The notes under the pieces: generated by a model
Told to the model about the DNA's origin: nothing
Databases searched by the model: none
Seen by the model: the letters and a program-made list of their open reading frames with translations, nothing else
NCBI GenBank assembly: GCA_016712315.1
Contig: JADJRG010000022.1
Span: 1,058,522-1,122,521 of the forward strand
DNA from: Nannocystis sp.
Lineage (GTDB): Bacteria; Myxococcota_A; Polyangia; Nannocystales; Nannocystaceae
DNA: 64,000 nt
Direction: 5' to 3'
In this document: positions 43,747 through 53,300 of the stretch, piece after piece
How the letters are laid out: each line of letters opens with the position of its first letter
How positions within the stretch are numbered: position 1 is the first letter of the stretch
Position numbers and translations under genes: made by a program

Positions 43747-45621
43747 ATGATGCTCCGCCTTCAGCCGTCGCCCCTGCTCCTGAGCGTCGCCCTCCTCGCC
43801 CCCCTCACCGCGTGCAACCTCTTCGACACGCAGCTCGGCGACGACGGCGAGGCCGAGCTCACCGACAGCGACAGCGACACCAGCGCGACCACCACCGCCG
43901 CCGCCACCACCGCCGCCGTCACCACCGACGCAGGGGACGCCGGCGGGTGCGCCTCCACCTGCACCGAAGTCGGGCAGAGCGAGTGTCGGGACGGCGGCGT
44001 CGTCACCTGCGAGGCCAGCGACGACGGCTGCCTGCGCTGGAGCGATCTCGCCCCCTGCGGCGACCGTGAGATCTGCCTCGAAGGCGCCTGCGCCGCGGAG
44101 ACCAGCGCGAGCTTCGGCCCTGGCGCGGCCTGGGCGGTACCCCAGGGCGGCCACGTCGACCAAGGCTTCGTCACCCCCGAAGGCGCCCCCCTCGCCTTGG
44201 GCGACGAATTCTGGACCTCCACCCACGATCTCAACGGCGACGGCTACCTCGATCTCCTCATCACCGGCCGCGCCGTCAGCAAGCAGGGCTACAAGTGGTT
44301 CCCGAGGACCCCCGGCTACCCCAGCGATCCGCACTGGGACGTCTATTGGGGCGGCCCCTCCGGCTTCGTGCTCACCCCGCACGCCTGGCCCGTACCCGCG
44401 GGGGGCCTCCAAGACCACGGCTTCGTGACCACCGAAGGCGCGCCCCAGACCGCCGGAGACGACTCCTGGAGCCTCCTCGACGTCGACGACGACGGCCGCC
44501 CGGATCTCGTCATCACCGGACGCGCGGTCGCCAAGGGCGACGGGTGGACCCACCGCGCGATCGGCTACCCCGCGACCCCTTTGTGGGAGATCTACAAGAA
44601 CCTCGGCGACGGCTTCGCCCCCGCGCCCACCGCCTGGCACCTGCCGCCCGGGGGCTCCCCGGAGCGCGGCTTCGCGGGCAGCAGCGCGGTGCCGGCTGCG
44701 GTCGGCGATCTCGCCTGGGTCACCCGCGACCTCAACGACGACGGCGCCCTCGATCTCATCGTCACCGGCGCGGGCGTGCTCGCCCCCGACCAGAGCGTCC
44801 AGCCGCGCGTCATCGGCTCCCTCCAAAACCCCTACTGGGAGGTCTATTTCGGCGATCTCGCGGCCAAGACCTTCGCCGAGGCCCCCAAACCGTGGATGGT
44901 CCCGATCGGCGGCAGCAAGTCGCGCGGCATCGCCACGCCAGACGGCGCGCCCACCCAGGTCGGCGACAACAACTGGTCCATGCTCGACTTCGACGCCGAC
45001 GGCCGCGATGACATCGTCATCACCGCTACCGCCACCGAGATCACCGAAGACGGCTGGCGCGGCGAGGTCCCCGGCTTCGAGGGCGGCCCCCACTGGCAGG
45101 TCTTCAAGAACCAGGGCAACGGCTTCCGCCGCCAGGTGGACATCTGGCGCTTACCTGCGGGAGGCCGCGTCGGCGAGGGGTTTGTCGAGCTACGCGGCGC
45201 CGCCAAGGCGGTCGGCGACCTCTCGTGGGACACCCTCGACCTCGACGGAGACGGCCACCTCGACCTCGTCCTCACCTCGACATGGACCGCCGAGCAGCCC
45301 TCGAACTGCGCGGGCCAGGTCTTCGGCCACAGCGTCGGCGATCCTCACTGGCAGATCTTCTCCGCCGACCAAGCCGGCTTCGCCACCACCTGGTGGCGCT
45401 TCACCGTGCCCGCGTCTGGCCACCCCGACTGCGGCCTCTGGGCCACCCAGGGCGCCCCTGCCGCCCTCGAAGAGCAAGGCTGGCACACCCGCGATCTCGA
45501 CGCCGACGGCCTCCCCGACCTCGTGATCACCAGCGCCGCCGTCGACGCCCCGTGGGCCAGCGAGGTCTTCGGCCTCAGCGACGGAGCGCCCTTCTGGTGG
45601 CACCATCGCGGCCAACCGTGA
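43747..45621 (+). CDS. Lipoprotein with FG-GAP/VCBS-like repeats (six DxDxDGxxD calcium-binding blades), predicted beta-propeller
   Basis: ATG 43747 (MMLRLQPSPLLLSVALLAPLTAC). Repeats include DLNGDGYLDLLITG, DVDDDGRPDLVITG, DLNDDGALDLIVTG, DFDADGRDDIVIT, DLDGDGHLDLVLT and DLDADGLPDLVITS. Confidence 0.8.
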   Translation: MMLRLQPSPLLLSVALLAPLTACNLFDTQLGDDGEAELTDSDSDTSATTTAAATTAAVTTDAGDAGGCASTCTEVGQSECRDGGVVTCEASDDGCLRWSDLAPCGDREICLEGACAAETSASFGPGAAWAVPQGGHVDQGFVTPEGAPLALGDEFWTSTHDLNGDGYLDLLITGRAVSKQGYKWFPRTPGYPSDPHWDVYWGGPSGFVLTPHAWPVPAGGLQDHGFVTTEGAPQTAGDDSWSLLDVDDDGRPDLVITGRAVAKGDGWTHRAIGYPATPLWEIYKNLGDGFAPAPTAWHLPPGGSPERGFAGSSAVPAAVGDLAWVTRDLNDDGALDLIVTGAGVLAPDQSVQPRVIGSLQNPYWEVYFGDLAAKTFAEAPKPWMVPIGGSKSRGIATPDGAPTQVGDNNWSMLDFDADGRDDIVITATATEITEDGWRGEVPGFEGGPHWQVFKNQGNGFRRQVDIWRLPAGGRVGEGFVELRGAAKAVGDLSWDTLDLDGDGHLDLVLTSTWTAEQPSNCAGQVFGHSVGDPHWQIFSADQAGFATTWWRFTVPASGHPDCGLWATQGAPAALEEQGWHTRDLDADGLPDLVITSAAVDAPWASEVFGLSDGAPFWWHHRGQP

Positions 45622-46445
45622 GCAGCACCTCGGATCTCCCGCGCCTCTACGCGCTCCTCGGCGACCCTGTCCATCACTCCCGCTCGCCCGCGCTCCATCA
45701 GGCCGCCTTCACCGCACTCGGCCTGCCGCACCGCTACTTCGCCCTCCGAGTCCCGCCCGAGCGCCTCGGGGCGGCCCTCATCGGCGCCCGCGCCCTCGGC
45801 CTCGCCGGCCTCAACCTGACGATCCCCCACAAACAGGCGGCGCTCCCCCACCTCGACGATCTCAGCCCGAGCGCCGCGCGGATCGGCGCCGTCAACACCG
45901 TCATCCTCCGCGGCGATCGTCTCTACGGCGACAACACCGACAGCCCCGGCTTCGCGGCGGCCCTCGGCCAGCTCCGCGCGCGCACCCCGAGCGCCGCGAT
46001 CGTGCTCGGCGCGGGCGGGGCGGCGCGCGCCGTCGTCGACGCCCTCCTCCACCAGGTCGGCGTCGACCAGCTCCGCTGGGTCAGCCGCGCCGGCGTGCCC
46101 CCGCCTCACGACCCACGGATCCGCGCCCTCACCTATCCACAGCTCGCTGCCGGCCCCTTGGCCGCCGACCTGCTCGTCCACTGCACGAGCGTCGGCATGG
46201 CGGGCGGCCCCGCAGAGCTCCCGATCCCCCTCGATCTCACCACCATGCCCGCCGGCGCCGCCGTCCTTGACCTCGTATACCCGCGCCCCCCGGGCGGCCT
46301 GCTCGATCGCGCCGAAGCGCGCGGCCTCGCCGTCCAAGACGGCCTGGAGACCCTCTTATGGCAGGCCGTCTACGCCCAAGAGCGCTGGCAGGGGCGGCCC
46401 CTGCCAGCCCCTGTCATCGAGGCGATGCGCGCCGCGCTTCGCTGA
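45618..46445 (+). CDS. aroE: Shikimate dehydrogenase
   Basis: GTG 45618 overlapping the upstream stop (GTGA). …LYALLGDPVHHSRSPALHQAAF…LNLTIPHKQAA…NTD…GAGGAARAV… is characteristic of AroE. Confidence 0.85.
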   Translation: MSSTSDLPRLYALLGDPVHHSRSPALHQAAFTALGLPHRYFALRVPPERLGAALIGARALGLAGLNLTIPHKQAALPHLDDLSPSAARIGAVNTVILRGDRLYGDNTDSPGFAAALGQLRARTPSAAIVLGAGGAARAVVDALLHQVGVDQLRWVSRAGVPPPHDPRIRALTYPQLAAGPLAADLLVHCTSVGMAGGPAELPIPLDLTTMPAGAAVLDLVYPRPPGGLLDRAEARGLAVQDGLETLLWQAVYAQERWQGRPLPAPVIEAMRAALR

Positions 46446-46455
46446 GCCGCCGGCG

Positions 46456-47814
46456 CTACAACGCGTCCTCGCCGTCGACGCTCGTCACTGCACTCAACTC
46501 CGAGATCTGCTCATCCACGTCGGTCAGCCGGATGAGCTGGCTACTGCTGCTCTGCGGCCGCAGACGGCAAAGCTGCGCCTCGACCTCACGGCTCACCCCC
46601 AGCTCGACCCTCGAATCGACGCTCGTCCCGAGCGAGAAGAGCGCGAACGAGGCGTAGTCGTGCAGCAGCTCCGCCACGTGGGCGTAGGCCTCGTCCTCAC
46701 CGACCAACGCGACCGCGTTCGCCGCGAGCCGACGCCCCCCGAAGGATCCGTCTTCAAACGGACCGGCGCCGACGATCAGCCGGCCGAAGCGCCCCTGAGC
46801 GAAGCTCGCGAGGGTCGTCCGAAACGAGGTCCCGCGGCCCGCGAGATCGGCCTCTTGGTGGATCCGCACCAGGATCACATTCGCCGTCTCGACCAGCTCA
46901 CCGACCCCGCCGCGGAAGCGAGGCGCCGTGATCGTCACCGCCTTCGCCTGCACCAGCCGGTAGATCTGTTTGGTCACCTCGAAGTCCCCCAGGCCGGTCA
47001 AACGGCCGAGCTCCTCGACGCTGCGGCGCCCGTTGATCAGCGGCCACAGCGGCGCCAGCTCTGGGTCGACCTGAACGATCTCACCGATCCGCTCCGGCAC
47101 GTGCTCCCCCGAGGGGATCCGCGCGCGGAAGTACCGCATCTCATCGAGCCTCGCGGTCGCGCTCATCAACACCGACAGCGCCGGCACCGTCCGCCGATAG
47201 CCGATCGAAGCCTCCTCAAAGCCGTCCAGGAAGCAGTACGCGCCGTCCGCGATCAGCAGCATCGAGTGTACGACCTCATCGATCTGCCGTTGTAGGTGCT
47301 CGAACACCTGGGCCTCGCTGACGAAGCCCAGCGCCACCGCGGCCGCGCCGAAGCGCTCCCCGTGGGCGATCCGCGCGAGGATCGACGCGAGCTGCTCCTC
47401 ATCCACCAGCCCGTAGCGGAAGAGCAGGCTGCCGAGGCTCTCCTCATCGACGTCCGTACGCGCGCCGACGATGTTGCCGTGCTCGAAGAAGACCCCGCGG
47501 CAACGAGCGCCGTCGCGGACGACCAGCTCGCCGCGCCAGCCCGAGCTCGCGATGAGCGCGAGCACATCGCCCATCACCCCGGGACCGACGATCTCACCGG
47601 CCATGCGGACGATCGCCCCGTCCTCTGCGTCGCGCCGACCGTCCTCACCGGTGAAGCGCATAAACACCAAGTGGTCGGGCGTCGGCAGCAGGCGAAAGGC
47701 GCCCTCACGCGCGCGCATACGCTTGATCGCGTTGTCACCGAGGGGATGGGCCACCCCCTTCCCGTCGATCCAGACCAGCTCATCTTCCGCGTGCCGCATA
47801 GTGATCTGCGCCAC
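46456..47814 (-). CDS. DUF4388 domain-containing protein (myxobacterial regulatory/PatA-N-like domain)
   Basis: 452 aa. The N-terminal segment (…GDVLALIASSGWRGELVVRDGARCRGVFFEHGNIVGARTD…SLGSLLFRYGLVDEEQL…) has the DUF4388 pattern. Start is GTG 47814 or ATG 47799. Confidence 0.6.
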   Translation of the reverse strand: MAQITMRHAEDELVWIDGKGVAHPLGDNAIKRMRAREGAFRLLPTPDHLVFMRFTGEDGRRDAEDGAIVRMAGEIVGPGVMGDVLALIASSGWRGELVVRDGARCRGVFFEHGNIVGARTDVDEESLGSLLFRYGLVDEEQLASILARIAHGERFGAAAVALGFVSEAQVFEHLQRQIDEVVHSMLLIADGAYCFLDGFEEASIGYRRTVPALSVLMSATARLDEMRYFRARIPSGEHVPERIGEIVQVDPELAPLWPLINGRRSVEELGRLTGLGDFEVTKQIYRLVQAKAVTITAPRFRGGVGELVETANVILVRIHQEADLAGRGTSFRTTLASFAQGRFGRLIVGAGPFEDGSFGGRRLAANAVALVGEDEAYAHVAELLHDYASFALFSLGTSVDSRVELGVSREVEAQLCRLRPQSSSSQLIRLTDVDEQISELSAVTSVDGEDAL

Positions 47815-48093
47815 TCTACCAGCACGCGCGCGGCCGTACCTAGAGACCAGATCGCGCGGCCGCGTCCGGATCGAAATCGATCGCCGATCGAGGAGTCCTC
47901 CTGCGCACAGCGCATGCGCGACGCGTCTGCTCCGATTGCATGACAGCGCGCCGCGATCAGTCTATAGGCCCTTCGCGCACCCGCGCGATCGCGACGACAA
48001 TTCATCGGCCGATGGGCCGCCACAACGCCCGCAGCTTTGCGCCAGCGAAGAACCAGACCAACGGCGATACACTCTTTGACCGGAGACCTAAAA

Positions 48094-50625
48094 ATGCTTA
48101 TTTCGACCCCTAGCGCACGGATCCTGACCCTCGCCTCGTTGAGCGTCCTCGTCGGCCTCGCCGCCTGCAACGGAGACGACGTCGGGACCTCGGAGGCGAC
48201 GACCACCTCGGACAGCACCACCGACACCACGTCGACCAGCACCACGAGCACCTCGTCCGAGTCAGACACCGAGGTGTCGACGACCTCGACCTCCACCTCG
48301 ACCTCCACCTCCACCACGAGCGAGAGCACGAGCACCACCGTCGACACCACCACCGACGGCGTCACCACCAGCACGACGACCGACGGCACCACCACCGACG
48401 ACACCACCACCGGCGGCTTCCAGTGCGGCGACGTGCTCTGCCCCGACAACTACCTCTGCCTGTACGACGCTTGTATCCCCGACCTCGGCCCCTGCGCCTC
48501 CTACGACGACTGCCCCGGCGACTCCTACTGCGACAACGACGGCCAGTGCATCCCGTACGGCGTGCCGCCCGACAAGATCAACGACGAGAACTGCCAGAAG
48601 CCCGACTTCCCCGCCGGCGTCACCCCGGTCGTCCAGTGCGAGTGGACCGGCCCCAACAACGTCAACGACCTCACCAACCTCTCGCACTACATCTACACGA
48701 CCCCGCTGGTCGCCGACCTCAACCTCGACGACGACCCTGACAAGCTCCAGCCCTCGGTCATCGTCACCACCTGGCGCACGATCACCGGCGGTCGCCTCGG
48801 CATGCTGCGCGTCTTCGACGGCCGCACCTGCGAGGAGCAGATGCGGATCGGCGGCGAGGACGAGATGGGCACCGCCAACCGGCTCGCCTACGGCGCCCAG
48901 ATCGCGGTCGCCGACCTCGACGGCGACGTCGCCAACGGCGGCCACCCCGAGATCATCGCGCTCCACCGCGACGAGTCCGTGAACCCGCCGACCACCCGCC
49001 TCATCGCCTTCGGGATCGACAACACCGACCTCGACAACCCCAAGCTCAACCGGCTCTGGTACGGCCGCGACTGCGGCAACAACAACCTCCCGGTCAACTT
49101 CGGCTCGCAGTGGGTGAACCACGGCCCCAGCGTCATCGACCTCAACGACGACGGCATCCCCGAGATCGTCCACGACGAGATGGTCTTCGCCGCCAACGGC
49201 TGCATCCAGAACGCGCCGAGCTACCTCCACTACCTCGACCTCGGCGTCCAGAGCGCGGTCGTCGACGTCGACCTCGACAGCCTCCCGGATCTCGTCCGCT
49301 TCAACCGGATCGCCGGCTGGAACAACAACACCAAGATGTGGGAGACCAAGCCCTGGTTCTTCCAGAACGCCAACCAGAAGTCCGGCCACGTCGCGATCGC
49401 CAACGCCGGCACCTACTCCTCGGTGGTCGGCAAGGACATCAACGAGCTCCCCGAGATCGTCGTCGTCTCGGCGCCCGACAACAACGCCCCCGCGAGCACC
49501 ACCGGCGAGGTCCGCATGATGGCCCTCAACGGCTCGACCGTCTGGGGTCCCACGCCGATCTACAAGGGCAACCAAGTCTACGGCGGCCGCGGCGGCCCGC
49601 CCACCGTCAGCGACTTCGACGGCGACGGCCAGGTCGAGTTCGCGGTCGCGGGCGCCTACTTCTACACCGTCTACGACCCCGACTGCGCCAACGTGGTGCC
49701 CGCGCAGCGCCCCGGCGGCAAGTGCGAGCGCGCCCCGGACATGCTGAACATGCCCAACGGCGTGCTCTGGGCGCAGCCTGCCAGCGACTGGAGCTCGAAC
49801 ATCACCGGCTCCTCGATCTTCGACTTCGACGGCGACGGCAAGCCCGAGGTCGTCTACCGCGACGAGTGCTGGGCGCGCGTCTACGACGGCAGCAGCGGCA
49901 AGGTGATCTTCAGCGCCCCCGGCTTCAGCCTCACCGGCATGGAGAACCCCGTCGTCGCCGACGTCGACGGCGACTTCGCCTCCGAGATCGTCGTCCCGCG
50001 CACCCTCGGCAACATCACCTGCCCCGCCGTCGACCCGCTCTTCGCCGAGTCGGGCACGCACGTGAAGAAGTCCGGGTTCGTCGTCTACCGCGACCCCGAG
50101 GATCGCTGGGCCAACTCCCGCCCCGTGTGGAACCAGCACTCCTACTCGATCACCCACATCACCGATCAAGCGACCGTCCCCAAGTCGACGGAGATCGCCC
50201 AAAACTGGCTGGTCGAGGGCCTGAACAACTACCGCCAGAACACCCAGGGCGGCTTCGGCAACCTCGACATCGCCGACCTCACCGTCGAGATGCTCGACCT
50301 CGGCTCGCTGTGCATGTTCGGCGACGGCGAGAAGGTGCTCACCGCTGAGGTGTGCAACCGCGGCACCGCGCCGGTGCAGGACGGCGCCATCGTCGCCTTC
50401 TACGAGACCGCCAACAAGCAAGACGGCTTCGATCAGGCCAAGCTCGCCTGCTCGACCTCCACCCAGAAGCTGCTCAACGTCGGCGACTGCGAGGTCGTCG
50501 ACTGCCTCGCCGTGCTCAAGGGCGACGGCAACATCTTCGTGAAGGTCGACCCTGACAGCCTGATCTCGGACTGCCACCCCGGCAACAACCTCGGCGCCGA
50601 CGCGTTCGAGATCTGCCCGGGCTGA
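48094..50625 (+). CDS. Large lipoprotein: Thr/Ser-rich linker, Cys-rich module, FG-GAP-like calcium-binding repeats (beta-propeller) and a C-terminal domain
   Basis: ATG 48094 (MLISTPSARILTLASLSVLVGLAAC). Repeats include ADLDGDVANGGHPEII, IDLNDDGIPEIV, FDGDGQVEFAV, FDFDGDGKPEVVY and ADVDGDFASEIVV. Confidence 0.8.
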   Translation: MLISTPSARILTLASLSVLVGLAACNGDDVGTSEATTTSDSTTDTTSTSTTSTSSESDTEVSTTSTSTSTSTSTTSESTSTTVDTTTDGVTTSTTTDGTTTDDTTTGGFQCGDVLCPDNYLCLYDACIPDLGPCASYDDCPGDSYCDNDGQCIPYGVPPDKINDENCQKPDFPAGVTPVVQCEWTGPNNVNDLTNLSHYIYTTPLVADLNLDDDPDKLQPSVIVTTWRTITGGRLGMLRVFDGRTCEEQMRIGGEDEMGTANRLAYGAQIAVADLDGDVANGGHPEIIALHRDESVNPPTTRLIAFGIDNTDLDNPKLNRLWYGRDCGNNNLPVNFGSQWVNHGPSVIDLNDDGIPEIVHDEMVFAANGCIQNAPSYLHYLDLGVQSAVVDVDLDSLPDLVRFNRIAGWNNNTKMWETKPWFFQNANQKSGHVAIANAGTYSSVVGKDINELPEIVVVSAPDNNAPASTTGEVRMMALNGSTVWGPTPIYKGNQVYGGRGGPPTVSDFDGDGQVEFAVAGAYFYTVYDPDCANVVPAQRPGGKCERAPDMLNMPNGVLWAQPASDWSSNITGSSIFDFDGDGKPEVVYRDECWARVYDGSSGKVIFSAPGFSLTGMENPVVADVDGDFASEIVVPRTLGNITCPAVDPLFAESGTHVKKSGFVVYRDPEDRWANSRPVWNQHSYSITHITDQATVPKSTEIAQNWLVEGLNNYRQNTQGGFGNLDIADLTVEMLDLGSLCMFGDGEKVLTAEVCNRGTAPVQDGAIVAFYETANKQDGFDQAKLACSTSTQKLLNVGDCEVVDCLAVLKGDGNIFVKVDPDSLISDCHPGNNLGADAFEICPG

Positions 50626-50752
50626 TCCTCAGCGCCGCGGCGCGAGCGAGACAAAGGAGGGCGTCGCGGCCGCGGCGCCCTCCCTCTTTTTGTCGCGTCC
50701 CCGCCCGCCCGCGGGCGCGTCGCCTCGCGAGCGACCACGAAGGCGCGCGCGC

Positions 50753-51973
50753 TCAGCCGACGTAGCGCAGCAGCCAGAACTGGATCTGCCGGCCGTGACA
50801 GAGCCGAGCGACCCCATCGCGCTGCACGAGGGCGCAGTCATAACGAGCTTGAGCGAAGATCGGCGCCAGATCCGGGTCACCCGGCGCCGCCGCCTCGACG
50901 CAGATCCGCGTGTGCCCGCCGTCATGACCAGGCGGCCCCGGGTTGTCCGCGAAAAAGACGTCCCCCGGCTGGATCTGCCGCAGCAGCGCCCGGATCTCCT
51001 CGTTCTGCGCCTCCCCGGTCACCGCCACCTCCGTGTTCGCCGGATCCCGGTGATCCAAGCGCGCGATCATCTTCCACCCGCGCGAGCGCGCGAGCGCCTC
51101 GCCGAAGCGCTCTGCCCGCGGGAAGTGGCGGAAGTTCCCGACCGAGTGCGTCGGCACCGGCACCTCCGCCAGCGCCAGGACCACCCCGCCGAAGATGTTG
51201 CACTTCCAATAATCGCGGCCGCTGCGCACGCTGTAGCCGATCCCGCCCGGGGCCCGCAGCATGCCGTTGAACGCCGGCTCGACGCCGAAGTCACGCGCCT
51301 TATAGCTGTAGCGCGCGCCGCCGACTTCGATGACGAACGGCTGCTCCAGCGCGCCCGCGATCCCCTCCGCGATCGCCACGATCCGCCCCACGGGCCCCGC
51401 CCCTTGCGGCGGCGCGCTCACCTCCCCGCGCAGCGGCGCCGCGAACAGATCGGGCGCCGGTCGCCCCGCGAGCAGGTCGATCAGCGCCCGCGCGTCCGCC
51501 TGCGCGAACACATACGGGTTCTCGACCGCATAGCCGCCGAGCTCGCGCAGCCCCGCCGACCCGGCGAGCATCTCGCCCCCGAAGACCCCGTCCGCGCCCC
51601 AACGGGGCAGCGTCAGCGCCGCGGGCGCCCCAGCGCTCCGCCCCGCCAGCGCCTGGAGGCCCCCCTGGATCTGGCCGATCAGCGCCCCGTCGCGCTCTCC
51701 CGGGCTCAGCTCGCGTGTCCCCGCGAGCAGGTCTGAAAAGCCAGGCGTCGCCGCCAACCTCTCCGCCGTGATCGGCGCCGGGATCGCCGCGCGCGGCGCC
51801 CCCAGCTCGACCATCGCCGCGCCCCAGCCGCGGCCGAGCAGGTTCACCGCCTGCCTCGCGATCAGCACCAGCTCAGCGGCGGAGAATTCCGCCAACGGCT
51901 CGACGAAGTCGTCATCGAGGGGCAGCTCAAGGGACGCGATCAGCTCGGTGAATTGCGGGGGAAGTCGGGGCAT
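50753..51973 (-). CDS. Hypothetical protein (406 aa); possible Cys/His hydrolase fold (YWKCNIFGG … GGHTRIC)
   Basis: Clean ORF with an ATG start. No confident family, and the hydrolase suggestion is speculative. Confidence 0.45.
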   Translation of the reverse strand: MPRLPPQFTELIASLELPLDDDFVEPLAEFSAAELVLIARQAVNLLGRGWGAAMVELGAPRAAIPAPITAERLAATPGFSDLLAGTRELSPGERDGALIGQIQGGLQALAGRSAGAPAALTLPRWGADGVFGGEMLAGSAGLRELGGYAVENPYVFAQADARALIDLLAGRPAPDLFAAPLRGEVSAPPQGAGPVGRIVAIAEGIAGALEQPFVIEVGGARYSYKARDFGVEPAFNGMLRAPGGIGYSVRSGRDYWKCNIFGGVVLALAEVPVPTHSVGNFRHFPRAERFGEALARSRGWKMIARLDHRDPANTEVAVTGEAQNEEIRALLRQIQPGDVFFADNPGPPGHDGGHTRICVEAAAPGDPDLAPIFAQARYDCALVQRDGVARLCHGRQIQFWLLRYVG

Positions 51974-52048
51974 CGAGGCTCTCCGGCCGGCAGTGTCCCG
52001 CGCGCTGCGGCCAGAGGCAAGCGCGCGCGGGACCGCCCGCCTACGCGC

Positions 52049-53191
52049 TTAGAACGGCTGCTCCGCCTGGAGCATCAGCTTCTCCGAGAGCTGGTACAGC
52101 GGGCTCTGCACGGTGACCAACCGCGGCGAGCCCTGCACCACCTCCTCGAGCGACAGCACGACCGGGAACGGCCCATGGATCCCCACCACCGCGTCGCCCT
52201 CGATCACCGGCTCTCCCCCGACCGATCCGGTCTGGATCACGTCGGCGGCCGCCGCCCCGAGCAGCCCCGCCAGCGTATTATCAAGCGCGCTCGGGCTGCC
52301 GCCGCGCGCCAAGTGGCCGATCGAATTCAGGCGCACCTCCATCGCCCCCCCGAGCGCCTCGCGGATCCGCGGGTCCGCCTCGATCCGGGCCCCCAAGCGG
52401 ATCGACCAGTCCGCGCCCGCGCGCTTGTGCACCCCCTCCGCCACGACGATGATGAAGTAGCGGTAGTCGCGGCGGATCCCCGCCGCCAAGCGCTGCAAGA
52501 TCAGATCGTGATCGTAGCTGGCCTCCACCTCGGGGATCGCCACGATCGCCGCGCCGCCGGCGATCGCTGACTGTAGCGCCAACCACCCGGAGGTGTTCCC
52601 CATCACCTCGAGGATGATCGCGCGCTTGTGCGACTCCACCGTGTCGCGGATCTTCCGGATCGCGTCGACCACGTTGTTGAGCGCGCTGTCGAAGCCGATC
52701 GAGTACTGGCTGCCGAAGATGTCATTGTCGATCGAAGCGGGCACGCCGATCACCCGAAACGGCCGCCGCGGGAACGCCGAGCGGAAGCTCTCCGCGATCA
52801 GCTTCGCCCCGCGGAACGAGCCGTCGCCGCCGATCACCACCAAGTGGTCCACCTGCATCTGGTACAGGTTCGCGACCGCCACCCGTAAGAACGCCTCTCG
52901 CGCGGCCAGCCGCTCCTCGAGATCCGCCACCGGCCCCTCCGGCAAGCGCAGCTCCGGCACCCTGCCCGTGCCGAGGAAGGTCCCGCCGCGGTGGATGATG
53001 TCGCGGATCGCCCGCCGATCGACGTTGCGATCCGACGCCGAGTCGAGGCGGCGCGCGAGGCCGCGGAAGCCGTCGCGAAAGAACAGGATCTCGCGATCCG
53101 GCTCGCGCATCTTGAGCGCGCGAAACGCCGCCCGTACGGCCGTGTTCATGCCGGGCGCGTCGCCGCCTGAGGTCAAAATTCCTACGGTCAT
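52049..53191 (-). CDS. pfkA: 6-phosphofructokinase (ATP- or PPi-dependent PFK family)
   Basis: MTVGILTSGGDAPGMNTAVRAA…VVIGGDGSFRGA…GNTSGWLAL… are classic PFK motifs. Confidence 0.9.
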   Translation of the reverse strand: MTVGILTSGGDAPGMNTAVRAAFRALKMREPDREILFFRDGFRGLARRLDSASDRNVDRRAIRDIIHRGGTFLGTGRVPELRLPEGPVADLEERLAAREAFLRVAVANLYQMQVDHLVVIGGDGSFRGAKLIAESFRSAFPRRPFRVIGVPASIDNDIFGSQYSIGFDSALNNVVDAIRKIRDTVESHKRAIILEVMGNTSGWLALQSAIAGGAAIVAIPEVEASYDHDLILQRLAAGIRRDYRYFIIVVAEGVHKRAGADWSIRLGARIEADPRIREALGGAMEVRLNSIGHLARGGSPSALDNTLAGLLGAAAADVIQTGSVGGEPVIEGDAVVGIHGPFPVVLSLEEVVQGSPRLVTVQSPLYQLSEKLMLQAEQPF

Positions 53192-53300
53192 CAGCAGTGG
53201 CTCCTGGGCCGCGCCGTCGCGGCGCAGGCGACAAGCTAGCCTGGATCCTCGCCGTGGTCACTCACGCTCAGCCGCTTGACCGCGCTCCGCGGCCCCGCGC

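Noticed and set aside
48262-50577. 771-aa minus-strand ORF, antisense to the large FG-GAP lipoprotein gene
   Set aside because: Val/Gly/Asp/Ala-rich antisense frame; the plus-strand frame has a lipobox and calcium-binding repeat motifs.
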